Assembly: GCA_964016885.1 (NCBI GenBank) | Contig: OZ024751.1 | Span: 30,566,001 to 30,630,000, forward strand | DNA: 64,000 nt | Direction: 5' to 3' | Origin: Eledone cirrhosa | Taxonomy: Eukaryota | Shown: in pieces, positions 46,939-60,172 of the stretch | Position numbering within the stretch: position 1 is the first letter of the stretch | Layout: each line of letters starts with the position of its first letter | The notes under the pieces: model-generated | The model's input: the letters and a program-made list of their open reading frames with translations, nothing else | Database searches by the model: none | Told to the model about the DNA's origin: nothing | Position numbers and translations under genes: made by a program

Positions 46939-47009
46939 CAATGAGACAACAAACAGAGATACAGAAAGCCTTATTAGTTTCAGGCTTTATATTAGAAAGA
47001 GGAAAGAAA

Positions 47010-47165
47010 GTTATATAAGTTCGATATATTCAATAAGAACTTCAAGTACAGCTCTGAATTCAATACTATTGAAGGTTTTCTCATAATCAATAAGGGTTGA
47101 ACACAATATTGATCCATGTTATTCAAGTTTCTAAATAACTAGGTTCATGATTTGTAAATGGTCAG
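47010..47165 (-). pseudogene. Degenerate RTE-like RT fragment
   Basis: Reverse complement encodes DHLQIMN.. and DYEKTFNSIE..AVLEVL; homologous to 53118-53340. Confidence 0.6.
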
Positions 47166-47269
47166 TTGTTATATACAGAGTCAGGACTGTAACTCAAGAG
47201 TTAGCTGGTAGTATTAAACTAAGCAACGAATTAGGCCAACCCGGCAATTAAATCATGGTGGAGATGAGG

Positions 47270-47480
47270 TGAACGATTTGAACTCAAAATGCAAGGATCC
47301 GAAAGAAATACCATAAGGCATTCTAACCGATGTTCGATAAGAGGGAAACTTGCTATAGACAGGTACTTTATTTATCGACCCCAGACGACTAAAAGGTAAA
47401 GTTTACCTTGGTGGGATGTTAACTGAGAACTCAATTAGTCGGAATAAATGCTGCAATGCATTTCGTCCAACGATCTAAAT
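47270..47480 (-). mobile_element. Two old SINE fragments
   Basis: gatttgaactc and ggtactttatttatcgacccc..aaaggtaaagtttacc motifs. Confidence 0.6.
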
Positions 47481-47519
47481 TGTCTGTCTATTTACCACCC
47501 TTCCATAGCCCATATATTA

Positions 47520-48046
47520 TTATTAATAATAATAATAATAATAATAATGTTTTCTTTATTAACCACAAGGGTTCACATAAAGTAGACATTAAGGACAGTA
47601 CAGGACAATACAGGACGGTACAAATGGGCATTTCTGCGTGTAAAAAAACAGAGGTTGAAATAAAATAACAAAGAAAAATTCCCCAATAGGGGGGAGACTT
47701 CCAAGGGACATTTGTGGAGAAAGCCCATATATTATTATTAATAATAATAATAATAATAATAATACTTTCTTTATTAACCACAAGGGTTTACATAAAGTAT
47801 ACATTAAGGACAAGACGGTACAAATGGGCATTTCTGCGTGTAAAAGAACAAAAACAGAGGATGTAACAAAAAAATAACAATGAAAAATTCCCCAATAGGG
47901 GGGAGACTTCCGAGGGACATTCGTGGAGAAAGCCCATTAAAAAGCCACAGTGACCCTGACCACCAGGGCAAGTGCCCTCTCCCAGTTTTCCACCTTTAAT
48001 TTACAGACACATACTCAGAGTAGGCCCATTCACTCGGGCCAATAAC

Positions 48047-48084
<38 letters not shown>

Positions 48085-48215
48085 TTTCATTTATTAGCCA
48101 CAAGGGCCGACATGTAGGGGACAATACAAAGACATAATAATAATAATGATTTCTTTATTGGCCACAAGGGCTGACATCAAATAATAATAGTAATAATTAT
48201 TATTATTATTATTAT
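47520..48215 (-). mobile_element. Array of four 5'-truncated 3' ends of an L1/Tx1-like LINE, each anchored in (TAA)n
   Basis: Each starts tttctttatt.(a/g)ccacaaggg after (taa)n; 47548-47727 and 47765-48040 match 55343-55630; two shorter related ends at about 48083-48133 and 48148-48180. Confidence 0.8.
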
Positions 48216-48432
48216 TATTTCACTATAGGCACAAGGTCAGCAATGTTTTGGTGGGAGGGGAAAGTCGATTAAATCGTCCCCAGTGCATTACTGCTACTTT
48301 ACTTTATCGACCTCGTAAGGATGAAAGGCAAAGCTAACCTCAGCAGGATTTGAACGTAAAGGGCCATAACCACATGCAACAAAGCACTTTTGTCCGACGC
48401 TCTACAGATTCAACTGCCACTCGACCGCCCTC
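48215..48432 (-). mobile_element. SINE long variant
   Basis: Family motifs with (att)n tail. Confidence 0.82.
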
Positions 48433-48634
48433 TTAATAATGATACAATTAATAACAATAATAATAATGATGATGATGATGATGATGATGTCTACATCTGT
48501 TAGTGTGTTTATGTGTTTTATTGGGTGGGGTTAATGTGTGAACTTACACATCTGTAGAAGAACCATGACGTACCCAGCCAAATGCGATAAATCATCTAAG
48601 TCCGCTTCACTAGCATTTGTGTCAAATTCACAAA

Positions 48635-48950
48635 GATGATGACGACGATAATGGTGATCACCATGGTGATGATGATGGTGGTGGTAATGATGATGGTGGT
48701 TGTGATGATGGTAGAGTTGGTGGGCGTGATGTGGATGATGATGGTGGTGGTGATGGTGGTGGTGGTAGAGTTGGTGGGCGTGATGTGGATGATGATGGTG
48801 GTGGTGATGGTGGTGGTGGTAGAGTTGGTGGGCGTGATGTGGATGATGATGGTGGTGGTGATGGTGGTGGTGATGGTGGTGGTGGTGGTGATGATGGTAG
48901 AGTTGGTGGGCGTGGTGTGGATGATGATGATGATGATGATGATGATGTTA
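48635..48950. repeat. (GAT/GGT)n tract with a 54 bp higher-order repeat
   Basis: gtagagttggtgggcgtg recurs at 48711, 48765, 48819 and about 48897. Confidence 0.88.
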
Positions 48951-49465
48951 GTGGTTGTTTGTGTTTCTAGAATTGATATATATTTTTTCTTTCAATTAGG
49001 CAAAACGTTTTAGTAAAACGGGAAGAAACGCGTGAATGCTTATGCAAACACGCACACACACACACACACGCACACACACGCACACACACACACACGCACG
49101 CACAAACACACATGAAAATCCACACATACATAAACACATATACACATATACACACACACACAAATATTATGGGGTACGATAGGTATTGGTAACGATTTTT
49201 GCACTAAATTGTTTATAAGAACACACGTGACATATATGTGTGTGTGTGCGTGTGCGCGCGCGTATGTGTGTGTGTGTATGTGTGTGTGTGTATGTATCAC
49301 AGGGTCAGGTCTGACTTTATATTTTCAAGTAAGTCAGCCCTCTTGTTCAAGCATCCAGATTAACTCATGAAATTCTTCCTTATGTATAGAACCATATAAG
49401 GAAATTATATGAATATAAGCGACAGATACACGCATACGTGCACACACACACACAAGTATATATAT

Positions 49466-49543
<78 letters not shown>

Positions 49544-49684
49544 GCCGGCCGTCGACGAAACATGACCACACGTTCGGCCGGCCCCTTGTATCATAAAAAG
49601 AAAATATTTTTTCGGGGAAATTATTAAATTTTTCAAAATTTTAAAGGTTTCTTAGGAACTTTCAATGTTTATTTTAGGTTTTTG

Positions 49685-49742
49685 CCGTCTGAAGAGCTCA
49701 GGCTATCATAATTGATAGTCTTCAGTGAAATATGTATAACGG
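49685..49742 (+). ncRNA. Type I hammerhead motif (CUGAAGA core)
   Basis: ccgt-CTGAAGA-gctcaggctatc ataatt gatagtcttcagt-GAAA-tatgta-TA-acgg; followed by aataaa. Confidence 0.75.
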
Positions 49743-50198
49743 AGTTTTAAATAAACCTGAATCAACCGAATGTGGCCTCCGATCTTTTATTAACATGTAC
49801 ATACATATAAACATATATATATTATATATTACTCTTCCCTCTAAGGGCATAGATTGCTCAACCGGCATACTGCCTATGGAAGTATCTTAGCTACCATCAG
49901 ACACATATATGTGTATATATATATATATGTGTGTGTGTGTATATATATATATATAAATATGTATGTATACAAATTTAAGGAATCAAAACATCAAATTTGT
50001 TAGAATTTTGTGTTTCTCATTAAAAAAGCTCAATAGACTTTATCCAGAGCAATAATAAATTAAATGTAAAAGATATATGTATATATAGAGAGAGAATACA
50101 CTATATGTTGTACATATATACCAAATACATATTTAAATCCGTATGTGGTTGACGGCTGAGAGAAAGGAGTTCTCAATACCGTAGAGTTTTAATATTTA

Positions 50199-50302
50199 TT
50201 TTATAAAGGCTAAATAGTGAGTCTTGTTACTCTGGAGTTTTGCCCGTTCTCTCACAGGAGAATCTCCACAGTAACAAGACTCCCTATTTAGCCTTAATAA
50301 AA
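50199..50302. repeat. Hairpin, about 40 bp stem
   Basis: ttttataaaggctaaatagtgagtcttgttactctggag ... ctccacagtaacaagactccctatttagccttaataaaa. Confidence 0.85.
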
Positions 50303-50307
50303 TGAAT

Positions 50308-50665
50308 TACGTATGGGTTTACCGAACATTTATTATAATGCTCGGTTTGTTTGTAAACAAACAGCCCAAATTTTTAGCTGAATTTTTCGGTACACCCGGC
50401 CGACTAACTCACTTGATATGCAAATTAGGCTGCTCAGCCGTTAATATGCATAAGGAAAGTATATACTTTCAAACGTTAAATCGACTGACAGGAAGGTATA
50501 CGGTGCTGATGAAAGCTAATAAGCTAGAAACTAGTTCCTCGTTCCTTTGTCAGTGTTGAACAAAAGGGCAACGATGGTTGCCGAACATTGTACGGCTAAA
50601 AATTCGGGCTGTTTGTTTACAAACAAACCGAGCATTATAATAAATGTTCGGTAAACCCATACGTA
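50308..50665. repeat. Inverted repeat, about 73 bp arms, about 210 bp spacer containing a degenerate hammerhead core
   Basis: tacgtatgggtttaccgaacatttattataatgctcggtttgtttgtaaacaaacagccc.. mirrored at 50593-50665; spacer has CTGATGA-aagctaataagcta-GAAA-ctagt. Confidence 0.85.
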
Positions 50666-50792
50666 CATATATATATATGTATGTATGTATATACATACTA
50701 CTGTACGTCTGTATACATATATGTATGTACGTATACATACTTATATTTAAGTATCAGTCGTACTAAGAGTGAGAAATGAAATTTCATTTTTT

Positions 50793-50896
<104 letters not shown>

Positions 50897-53117
50897 TATG
50901 TATGTATATATGTATATATATATAATCTAGCTAAGATTCTTAGAATCACTCGTAGACATGAATTTCAAAAAACATTTAGGAGATCTTAAACGGTCAAATA
51001 GCAAATTGCCAATATTTTTATGTTTTGTCTTTTCATGCTGTCCGTCGTCTTTACTCTTATACTTGCTTCTATTACGTGAATGGAACCCGACAATTTCGTT
51101 ATATCTCTCGAATATATATTCTCAAATATTTCCAGTAACTCTCATTTATATATAGGTTTCTCAATAAGATGCCGCATAGGATTATCGAATAATTTTTTAT
51201 TTATCGTCCGAAATTTGAGACTAATTTAACACCACCTGATGGCTCTTAGGTCACTTTAGCGAGTTCCCCTCCGTATCAAGCATTTAACACCACCAGTTGA
51301 CTCTTGGGTGACTCAACGCCACCAGATGAGTCTAGAGTCACTTCGGGGCAAACATTCGGGACAGGTCTTGAGTTGAAGGATAAATTTCTACTTCCCTCCT
51401 ACTAATCCTACAGGTTCTGAAGAGAGTAATAGCCACTGTCCTTCTGCTCCGACTAAGTGATTTAAAAACAATGATGGTAGAGTACCCTACTCTGATTAAG
51501 CAACCATCTTCATGCAAAAAATGACATATCTGTATGAAACCAACCAACATATGGCTCACTTATTTATGAACAATTACAGAACAAGCAAATACCTACGTTG
51601 AGCATTTTAGTATTTGTTTTTGTTAGTTTTAAGTATTTCTATGAATGATATGCTGAGGAAATTATCCAGTTTTACCGTTTGATGTAGTTTTAAATTTTTT
51701 TTTTTTTCTTCATTTGTACTTTTTCCTTCTGTTAGGAGGGCGTTTCCTTATGAGAATTATAACTGAGAAATACATATCCCTACTTCTGCTCATTTGTCTG
51801 TAAGTAGATATGGTTGAGAAGCGTTTGTTTCTTCGCCATATTCCGAATCAAATTGATCTGTTAAGAAAGAAGAGTTTTCAACAGTTGCAATCAACAAAAT
51901 AGCTATACATAATCCAAAAAGGAACCCAGTAATTATGAAATAAGAAAAACACCACCTGGTATGGTATAAAAGAGGAAATAGGCAGAACGTTATTCTTAAA
52001 TATCTAGATGAATCATTTATACACTCCATTTAAAAACCTAGCAAAATAAACGAATGCTGCGATCGTTCTATGAAGCAACAGCTTTCATTTGCAGCATCAG
52101 ATATCATGCTGTGAATGTTTTTGCTGAGAACATCATGTAACTTTGGTACTTATGTAACAAAAATATTCGCAGAAATGTAATGCGGGGAGTGAAATGGAGC
52201 ATATCAATACAAAATGTCGAGTAACTATTTTCAAATTCAATCAGATTAATTTAAGGAAAGAAATCGCTATGAAACATAATACAGAATATTGCTTTAACAG
52301 TTTTCACTTGAATCTTTTAGTTTAGAATTACCGAATATTGAATTCAGTTTGAATGAATTCTTGCTATGATCTTCTGTTTGATTTCAATTTAAGTGAGTCT
52401 ACTGAAAATATATTCTTATATTATGTAGCAGAAATATATAAAGAGCAATGTAATGTTTTACCAGTATATTTCAACATGATATTTCAGGGTAATACTCACT
52501 TTTTGAATGTAAAACTTAAACGGTTCAAATCAAAACGAATGTATATAGATTTAGAAAAATCTATATACATCCCGTCATAGATCAATTACCTAGTCACTTC
52601 TTAATAATTACTTATATTCTAAACCATTATTTCCAAAGCTTAATCTATCAACTACGGATACTTTAACCATTTAGTAACGGAACATCCAATGTTGAAATAA
52701 CGTCTTGATTATTTTTTAATTAATTTGAAATTTTGGTTATTTCCAATATACAAACTGTAAACGTTTGATAGCTTTGATTTAAGTTCTTGTTAAAAAATAA
52801 GTTAAGCATATTTTTGTTTTGCGGTATCAAACAGTTTCGTAGCTGTTAATAAAACCAGATCTTTTAAATGCGATAATGAGATAATTTAGTTCATTTCGCA
52901 TTTCATGTGTATCATTTCCAAACAGAACTATGACGACGACAAAGCGTAAATGACTTTAAAATTCACCATTCTAGTTTATTTATTTTATTTTATCGTTGTT
53001 AAGCTAACGATGCCTTATATTACATCTTATACAAACTGTTCCCTAGTGTTTGCAAATTGCACCAATTCTGTCTTTGATCTCAATCAATCATGGGGACAGA
53101 TGTGGGTTATCAACAAC

Positions 53118-53460
53118 CGACCATTTACAAATCGCGAACCAGGGTCGAAATTTCACTTGTTGAGGCCCTAAACTATTTAGCTTATAGATAAGTCCAGCAC
53201 TGTCGTGAACGTAGTTATTTAGAAACATAAAAAATAGGGATCAATATTGTGTTCAAGCTTTACTAATGAGAAAACCTTCGATAATATTGAAATCGCAACT
53301 GTACCTGAAGCTCTTATTAAATATATCGAACTTATATATAAATTATTTTTAAAAATCTACAGCCAAAGAACATCATTTTATCATTTGTAAGAAATTTCAT
53401 TGAAAGAGGAATAAGTTAAGGGGATAGTATGTCGACCAAACACTTTAATGCTGCACTGAG
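53118..53460 (+). pseudogene. Degenerate RTE-like RT fragment
   Basis: DHLQI, EKTFDNIE..VPEAL and IERGIS*GDSMSTKHFNAAL (compare the RT motif RGVRQGD..SP.LF..AL); stops and frameshifts present. Confidence 0.65.
53140..53202. mobile_element. 63 bp hAT-like MITE with 8 bp TSD
   Basis: tcgcgaac|cagggtcgaaattt ... aagtccagcactg|tcgtgaac; empty site in the paralog near 47145. Confidence 0.7.
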
Positions 53461-53814
53461 GAGGAGGGGCGGATTATGAACGCTATATATAACAATCAGA
53501 CCAAAAATACATTATTCAATTTCGCAATTGCGGCTTTTACAGTTTAAAATTTATTCTATTGTCACGTAGAATTAATCTGTGAGAAGAGAATATAAGCTTC
53601 TTTAAATAAACACGTATAAACTGCATTAATTATTTTGTTCTGGTTGCAGTGATGTAAGACTTCAAGGTTTAAGGCTAGAAGTCCGTAATATAACCTTTGC
53701 AACTATTGTGCAGCTATGCAGAACAATATATAGAAATACATAACAATATGTAACATTACATAACACAAACTAATATATCAGAAAGAGTATTTAAGGTTAC
53801 ACATATACCAATAC

Positions 53815-53975
53815 AAGGCGACGAATTGGCAGAGTCGTTAGAAAATCGGACAGAATGCTTTGCTGTATTCATTTCGGCTCTCTCCTCTCTCAGTTCAAAT
53901 CCCGCCGAGGTCAACTTAGCCTTTCATCCATTCGAAGTCAATAATAAAATGTACCAGTCTAGTACTGGGGTCAAT
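53815..53975 (+). mobile_element. SINE subfamily copy (ggcg.cgaattggcaga head)
   Basis: B-box gttcaaatcccgccgaggtcaac and family core; similar to 63665-63810. Confidence 0.78.
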
Positions 53976-54759
53976 TCTTTCTCTATATCTCTTTCTCACT
54001 TCCATTCTCTCACCGCTCTCTATCCTTCTTTGGAAAAAAATCTGCTATCTTCAGACCAACAGAGGAGATGGGCTCCACGAGGTTTTAAAAAAATGCCCTT
54101 GAAGCGCCGTACGTCAGTACGACACCCTCAATAGTTACGCGACCATACATACATACATGTATATACAAATACATTTAAAATGTGTTTAGTGCAGTTGTAA
54201 AATATAATGTTTATGAAACAAATTAAATCTATTTTTTGTTTTTTAATATATTCTGAACCGTTTGCTAAATGTTCTATGTTGGGTTCTACTTAATTACATA
54301 AACTGCATATGGGTTCTTAGAAAAGACTTGACACTAATTACTTGGCAAGAACATATCCAGAGTCTGGCTACAACACGAGTTTTGCTCAACTTTGAGGTGG
54401 GTGTGCGATTGAAAATGGGAAAGACTAAAGAAAGTGTGTGTTTCAAGAAAGACAGATAGGTATATAGAGAGGAGACAGGAAGAAGGGGAAGAGGTGGGGA
54501 GGGGAGGAAGAGAAATAGAATGAGAGAATGCAATAAAAAAGCAGATAAATAAAGATTTTTACCATTTTCCATGCGAGGTTAAAGTTAGATACAGATATGT
54601 ACACACACAGATACACTTAGACACACACACACACACCACAAACACACACACACACATACACACATATATATATATATATATATATAGTTTGTGTGTATGT
54701 ATATATATATACATATATGCATATGTATATATATATATGTATATGTATATATATATATG

Positions 54760-54814
<55 letters not shown>

Positions 54815-55066
54815 GTATATGTATATATATATGTATATGTATATGTATATGTATATATATATATGTATATATATATATGTATATATATATATGTATGTAT
54901 ATATATATGTATATATATATATATGTATGTATATATATATGTATATATATATGTATATATATATATGTTTGTGTGTGTGTGTGTGTATATATATATATAA
55001 ATGCCTTTGTGTTTGTATGTGTTAGTGTGCATTTGTGGGGGGGGGGCGTCAATGTAGTTACGTACG

Positions 55067-55141
<75 letters not shown>

Positions 55142-55313
55142 TTATAATAGATTGTATCATGTAGTATTATCACTGAGACGAGAACCATCAATTATGCACT
55201 GGCACCATTCCCCTCAATAGAGCTACCACCTCACCTATACTATGTTCCACCCAACCAGAGCTGTCTTATACATTTGAATACCAATCATCTTCACCCAGTT
55301 ACTCAGTACGTTG

Positions 55314-55342
<29 letters not shown>

Positions 55343-55344
<2 letters not shown>

Positions 55345-56171
55345 TTTCTTTATTAACCACAGGGGTTTACATAAAGTAGACATTAAGGACAGTACAGGAC
55401 AATACAAATGGGCATTTCTGCGTGTAAAAAAAAACAAAAAAAAACAGAGGATGTAATAAAAGAACAATGAAAAATTCCCCAATAGGGGGAGACTTCTGAG
55501 GGCCATCGTGGAGAAAGCCCATTAAAAAAAGCCACGGTGACCCTGACCACCAGGGCAATTGTCCACTCCCAGTTTTCCACCTACAATTTACAGACACATA
55601 CTCAGAGTATGTCCACTTACTCGGGCCATTCTTGCCTCTCTCACCCATCTTTCAACAAAAAGCTGGGAAGAGAGCACCTCCCTCTACCCTGATTTTTCTT
55701 TTCAAATGAAATTGGAAAAAGTTAATCAGGGCATCACCGAAGAGGTAAGTGCTCGTCTTCAGCCCTTTCAAACGTGTCCACCATACTATCTCTTTCGCCA
55801 TGGCCACCAGACAGATAAAAACTGTCTGCCCTTCCCGGTTAAAGGAAGAGGGCGGGGAAATCCTCACGATGGACTCAGATGATAGCCGGATCCGTCCTAC
55901 ACGCGACAGCAGGTGTTCGACATAAACCCACAAGTCAGCAATGCTCGGACACTGGACGAGTGCATGCAGGACGGTTTCGTCGCCCTGCGCGCATTTCGGA
56001 CATGCCCGGCTGACGGCACCTCCATGCCTGTAGAGTTTTTCCCAAACTGGCAAAGCTCCTCGGTAGCACTGCCAGGCCAGGGATTTCTGGAAGTTGTCCA
56101 TAGGCCCCGGCCCGAAAGTTCTTCCAAAGAGATTGGCTAGTTGATTTTCGTCGACGCCTAGAGTTTCCCCA
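55343..56171 (-). mobile_element. L1/Tx1-like LINE 3' fragment (zinc-knuckle C-terminus + 3' UTR) bounded by (TAA)n
   Basis: ORF 55652..56101: FQKSLAWQCYRGALPV..CPKCAQGDETVLHALVQC..LW (CX2C..H..C knuckle of L1-clade ORF2); aataaa then (att)n tail on the minus strand. Confidence 0.85.
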
Positions 56172-56201
<30 letters not shown>

Positions 56202-56204
<3 letters not shown>

Positions 56205-56700
56205 AAGTTGTATGAGCATAAGCCAGAGTCGGTGATAGAAAACGATCAGGTGAAGGTGCTATGGGATTTTAGGATACAGACGGATAAGAAACTGGAACAC
56301 AATAGGCCTGACCTGGTGGTTTTGGACAAGGAAAAAAGATCGTGCCTGATTGTAGATGTAGCCTGCCCATTTGACGCGAGAGTGCAAGAAAAGGAGAGGG
56401 AGAAAATTAACCGATACCAGGATTTAAAGTGGGAGGTAAAAAGGATTTGGAACTGCCATGAAGTCAGAGTCGTCCCGATTGTCAAAGGCGCACTAGGTAC
56501 TATCTCAAAGAGTTTCCAAGGATGGTTAAAGAAAGTTAGTCCAGCCCCGCATTTTAGAACACTTCAAAAGGCATGCTTGCTGGGAACAGCAAGAACCCTC
56601 CGATACGTCCTGAATATCTAAGGCTGCAGGTAGCGGCTTGATATTCATTTCAACAAACTTTCCAGTTAAATAACATCAATGACTGAGACTTAAAGAACAA
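56202..56700 (+). mobile_element. R4/Dong-clade LINE 3' fragment (restriction-like endonuclease domain, frame ends 56621) in (TAA)n
   Basis: YEHKPESVIEND..VLWDFRIQTD....NRPDLVV.DK....IVDVACP.D....KE.EK..RYQDL...W...VVPIV.GALG...LQKA.LLGTA; flanked by (taa)n on both sides. Confidence 0.92.
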
Positions 56701-56721
56701 TAATAATAACAACAACAACAA

Positions 56722-57037
56722 TAATAATTGTTTCTACTTTAGGCATAAGACCAGCAATTTTGAGACAGGGGAAAGTCGATTAAATCCACCCCAGCGTATT
56801 ACTGTTACTTTATTTTTCGACCCCGTAAGGATGAAAGGCAAAGTTAACCTCGGCGGGATTTGAACTCAGACTGTAAAGGGACGTAACTATGCGAGAAAGC
56901 ATGGCGTCCAACCCTCTTCCGATACTAAGTAACAATGTAACTATGTTATAATAATGGTTTCTGATTTAGGCACAAGGTCAAACATTTTCGGTGTAGGGGA
57001 AAGTCGTTTAAATCGACCACAGTTCGTTACTGGTACT
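56722..57037 (-). mobile_element. SINE long variant (56722-56926) plus a second 3' fragment (56950-57037)
   Basis: Family motifs on the minus strand. Confidence 0.85.
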
Positions 57038-57594
57038 TTAACGATTTAATAATAATATAAACTCATGGAAAACGAACAAAGAAATGAAGGGGCAAGTAAA
57101 GGCGGCGATAGTTTTGCAAACGATCTGTATATTATATCGTAGGTTAAGATATTTTTTTCCACCAAACGAGACAGTGTACCTCAATCCATCACTTAGAATT
57201 TTCTTAATTGAGCTTTCATTTGATGGATAGGTTTCGCTGCAGGCTTCACCAGTCTCTAACGATGCCACTGAGCTGGAATTAGGCTGAACAAACGGTCGGC
57301 TGCAAATAGCTTGATTATTTGCTTAAATGCAAATAACGCGTCATTTGATAAATCGTTTTGTCGGCTATTTTCAATGAATTTTGGATATTTTATTCGTATT
57401 TCTAAATTAGCCAATGTGTTCTTTGTTTTAATCATTAAACAGAGCTTGTGATTCGATAATGTCAGATTTTTTGGTCATCAGTGAAAGTAAAGTGCTAAAA
57501 TAAAAGAGATGGTTGAATGAGAAGAGGATAAGAACAGAAACGGGGAGAATTAATGGGATTGTATAGATGCCAATATATATATTATAAAAGGTCC

Positions 57595-57659
<65 letters not shown>

Positions 57660-57661
<2 letters not shown>

Positions 57662-57712
57662 CATCATCACCGTTTGACGTCCGCTTTTCTTGCTAGCAAG
57701 GGTTGGATGGGT
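57660..57712 (-). mobile_element. Short retroposon 3' tail with (GAT)n end
   Basis: Reverse complement ccatccaacccttgctagcaagaaaagcggacgtcaaacggtgatgatga resembles a SINE/LINE 3' end I recall from mollusc repeats; single copy here. Confidence 0.5.
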
Positions 57713-59152
57713 CTACATAGATAAAGTCAGTACTGAAGCGGCGCTACTGACTTCCCAGGGGTCTGCATCCTGCTTACGTGCAGAGGAGAAGTTGTCGTGC
57801 CTTTTGACACAAACTGAAGGGTCCTTCCAACCCCTTGGTAAGCATTCTCCAGTTGGATGTCCTTCATAAAACCATCGAATTTACAGCCACACACACATAT
57901 ATCAGCGAAGTAAATAAACATCGCAAGACACCAAGAAGCTAAAAACACCCCCTTGTTACTCTCAAGAATGCTGTGAACCCATGATTAGTCCCTTTGAATC
58001 CTATAATCTACGACATTATTGGTTACTAATCGCTATATACAATATATAAATAGTTAATCAAATAATCAGAGAAAAAACATTAGTATATACGATATGTTTA
58101 TGTATAGTAAACGTATAAGAGTTTCACTATGAATATGTTAAGCTGTTATCAGGAGACATGACATGATCACAGGTTAAAATATTCATAGCAAGACTCTTGT
58201 ATGTTTATTATACATATCGTGTTCGCATATGCCTTTATATACACCTAATATGACCCACGCTATGTTAGTGTCATTGTTAATAAATCTAATACAATACACT
58301 TGTCAATGCAATATCGGGAACTGAGCAGGAAACTGGAGGTATCCGTTGTTTTCAATGTAGATAAAATAGGCCCTAGTTCATGTTGATATCATATTTTATT
58401 TATCAGTAACGATACTAACCGGACAGCTACTGCAATTAAAAATGTAGAGTTCGGAGGGTATAAGAAAGTTGAGCAGGGGTTATCTCCACTTATCATACTT
58501 CTCCACGTTTTACTTTTGTGTTTTCTCTCATTTGTTTTATACACTAACCATTAAAATTCAATGTTATCGTGAAGCCAGTTAACGTTCATTTTTTTTGTTT
58601 TTTTCCAGTCTGCCTCTAGTTAACTCCTTTATATCCTTTCGACATATATCTCTCAATTAACCCAACCCAATTGCTGTCTCCTTTGCCAAGTCCTTTCCTT
58701 TATTCACAATAATCGGCACAATTTCACGTCGTCATAACTCTTCTGTTAACTTCAATCACTCGTTCCTTCAACACACGTCCACCACACAACCACACCATGT
58801 CTCCACGTCGTCCATTCTCCCTCATCACACACACACACACATACATACATACATACACTCGAAAACACATACACATACACACGTATAGACACTATTTATG
58901 AAAAAATAGGACTGATAGACAGACAGACTTTTCTCATTCCTTTTCTTTTTCTTCAGACATCAGTATAGATTATTTAAAATAGCATCCATCGCATAAAGTT
59001 GGTAATTGGGGAAGAAATCACTACCCACCCCGACACTACACCATCCACACTGCCACAAGGGTGGGGAGCCGAGAGCAGAGATTTAGTTTAAGAAGATCTG
59101 AACCATTGGTGAACGTATAACGCTATAACTCTTTCAATGCTCAACGAATTTC

Positions 59153-59420
59153 CGTTTGTGTATGGCAGTGAGTGAGAGATAAGCTGGGATAGTGAAAAAT
59201 GTATTAGAATTCTCCTTAACTCTCTAAGGTGTTTGTATGATAGTAAGAGATAAGCTTGAATAGTGACAAATTCATTAGAACCCTCTAACATTTTTGTATG
59301 GCAGTAAGAAAGAGACTAGCTGGGATAGGGACAAATTTATTTAGAACTCTCTAACGTTTTTGTATTGCAGTAAGAGACCAGCTGGGATAGTGACAAATTT
59401 ATTAGAACTCTCTAACGTTG
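59153..59420. repeat. About 60 bp tandem repeat, 4-5 units
   Basis: Unit about tttgtatggcagtaagagataagctgggatagtgacaaattcattagaactctctaacg. Confidence 0.85.
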
Positions 59421-59864
59421 CACCGCATACATTTCGTAGGCTTAGATTTCTGTAATGACAAATTACAGTTTAAATATTTCTTATTTTCTTTTCTTCTTGG
59501 TTCCTCGACTTATTTTTAACACTTCGTTTTGTTTTCTTTAGTGGCGGTGGTGGTGATGGTTAGTGTGAAGGAGGGAACGGAGTTTATAGAAGTGTGTATT
59601 AAAGAATACTTAGGAAATTTTCCGGATGCTTGCCAGTGTTAGGGGACATATAGATACGTTCTTAGCTGGTACACTCGGGTTAACGTGAACTGGGTTTAAC
59701 AAGTGTACCTATTTATCGTTTTTAAGCAGACATTTGTCAAGTTCCGATAAAAATGCAACAATATAAATTAGACAACCAAATACGAGACAACACAAAACTA
59801 CGGTACAGCTCAGCGTCTTTCGACTCAAATGACAGGGAGCCGTATGTGTGGGGGGGGGGGGTGT

Positions 59865-60172
59865 AGGCGAATTGGCAGTCATTAGAACGTTGGACAAAAT
59901 ACATTCGGTTCTCATCCGGACTCTGTGAGTTCATATTCCACCGAGGTCGATTTTGGCTTTCATCCTTTCAAGGTCGATAAAATAATTATTTCTACTTTTG
60001 GCACAAGGCCAGCAATTACCCCAGTGTATTACTGGTACTTTATTTTATAGACCCCGTAAGGATGAAAGGCAAAGTTAACCTCAGCGGGATTTGAACTCAG
60101 ATCATGAAGGGCCGTAACTCTATGCTGCAAAGCATGGCGTCCGACGCTCTACCGATACTGCCAATCCACCGC
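59865..60172. mobile_element. Diverged + strand SINE (59865-59985) abutting a young - strand short-variant SINE (59985-60172)
   Basis: Family core in both orientations, tail-to-tail. Confidence 0.85.

Noticed and set aside
49540-49586. 12 bp GC-rich inverted repeat aggggccggccg/cggccggcccct
   Set aside because: Too small to classify; no TSD or second copy seen.
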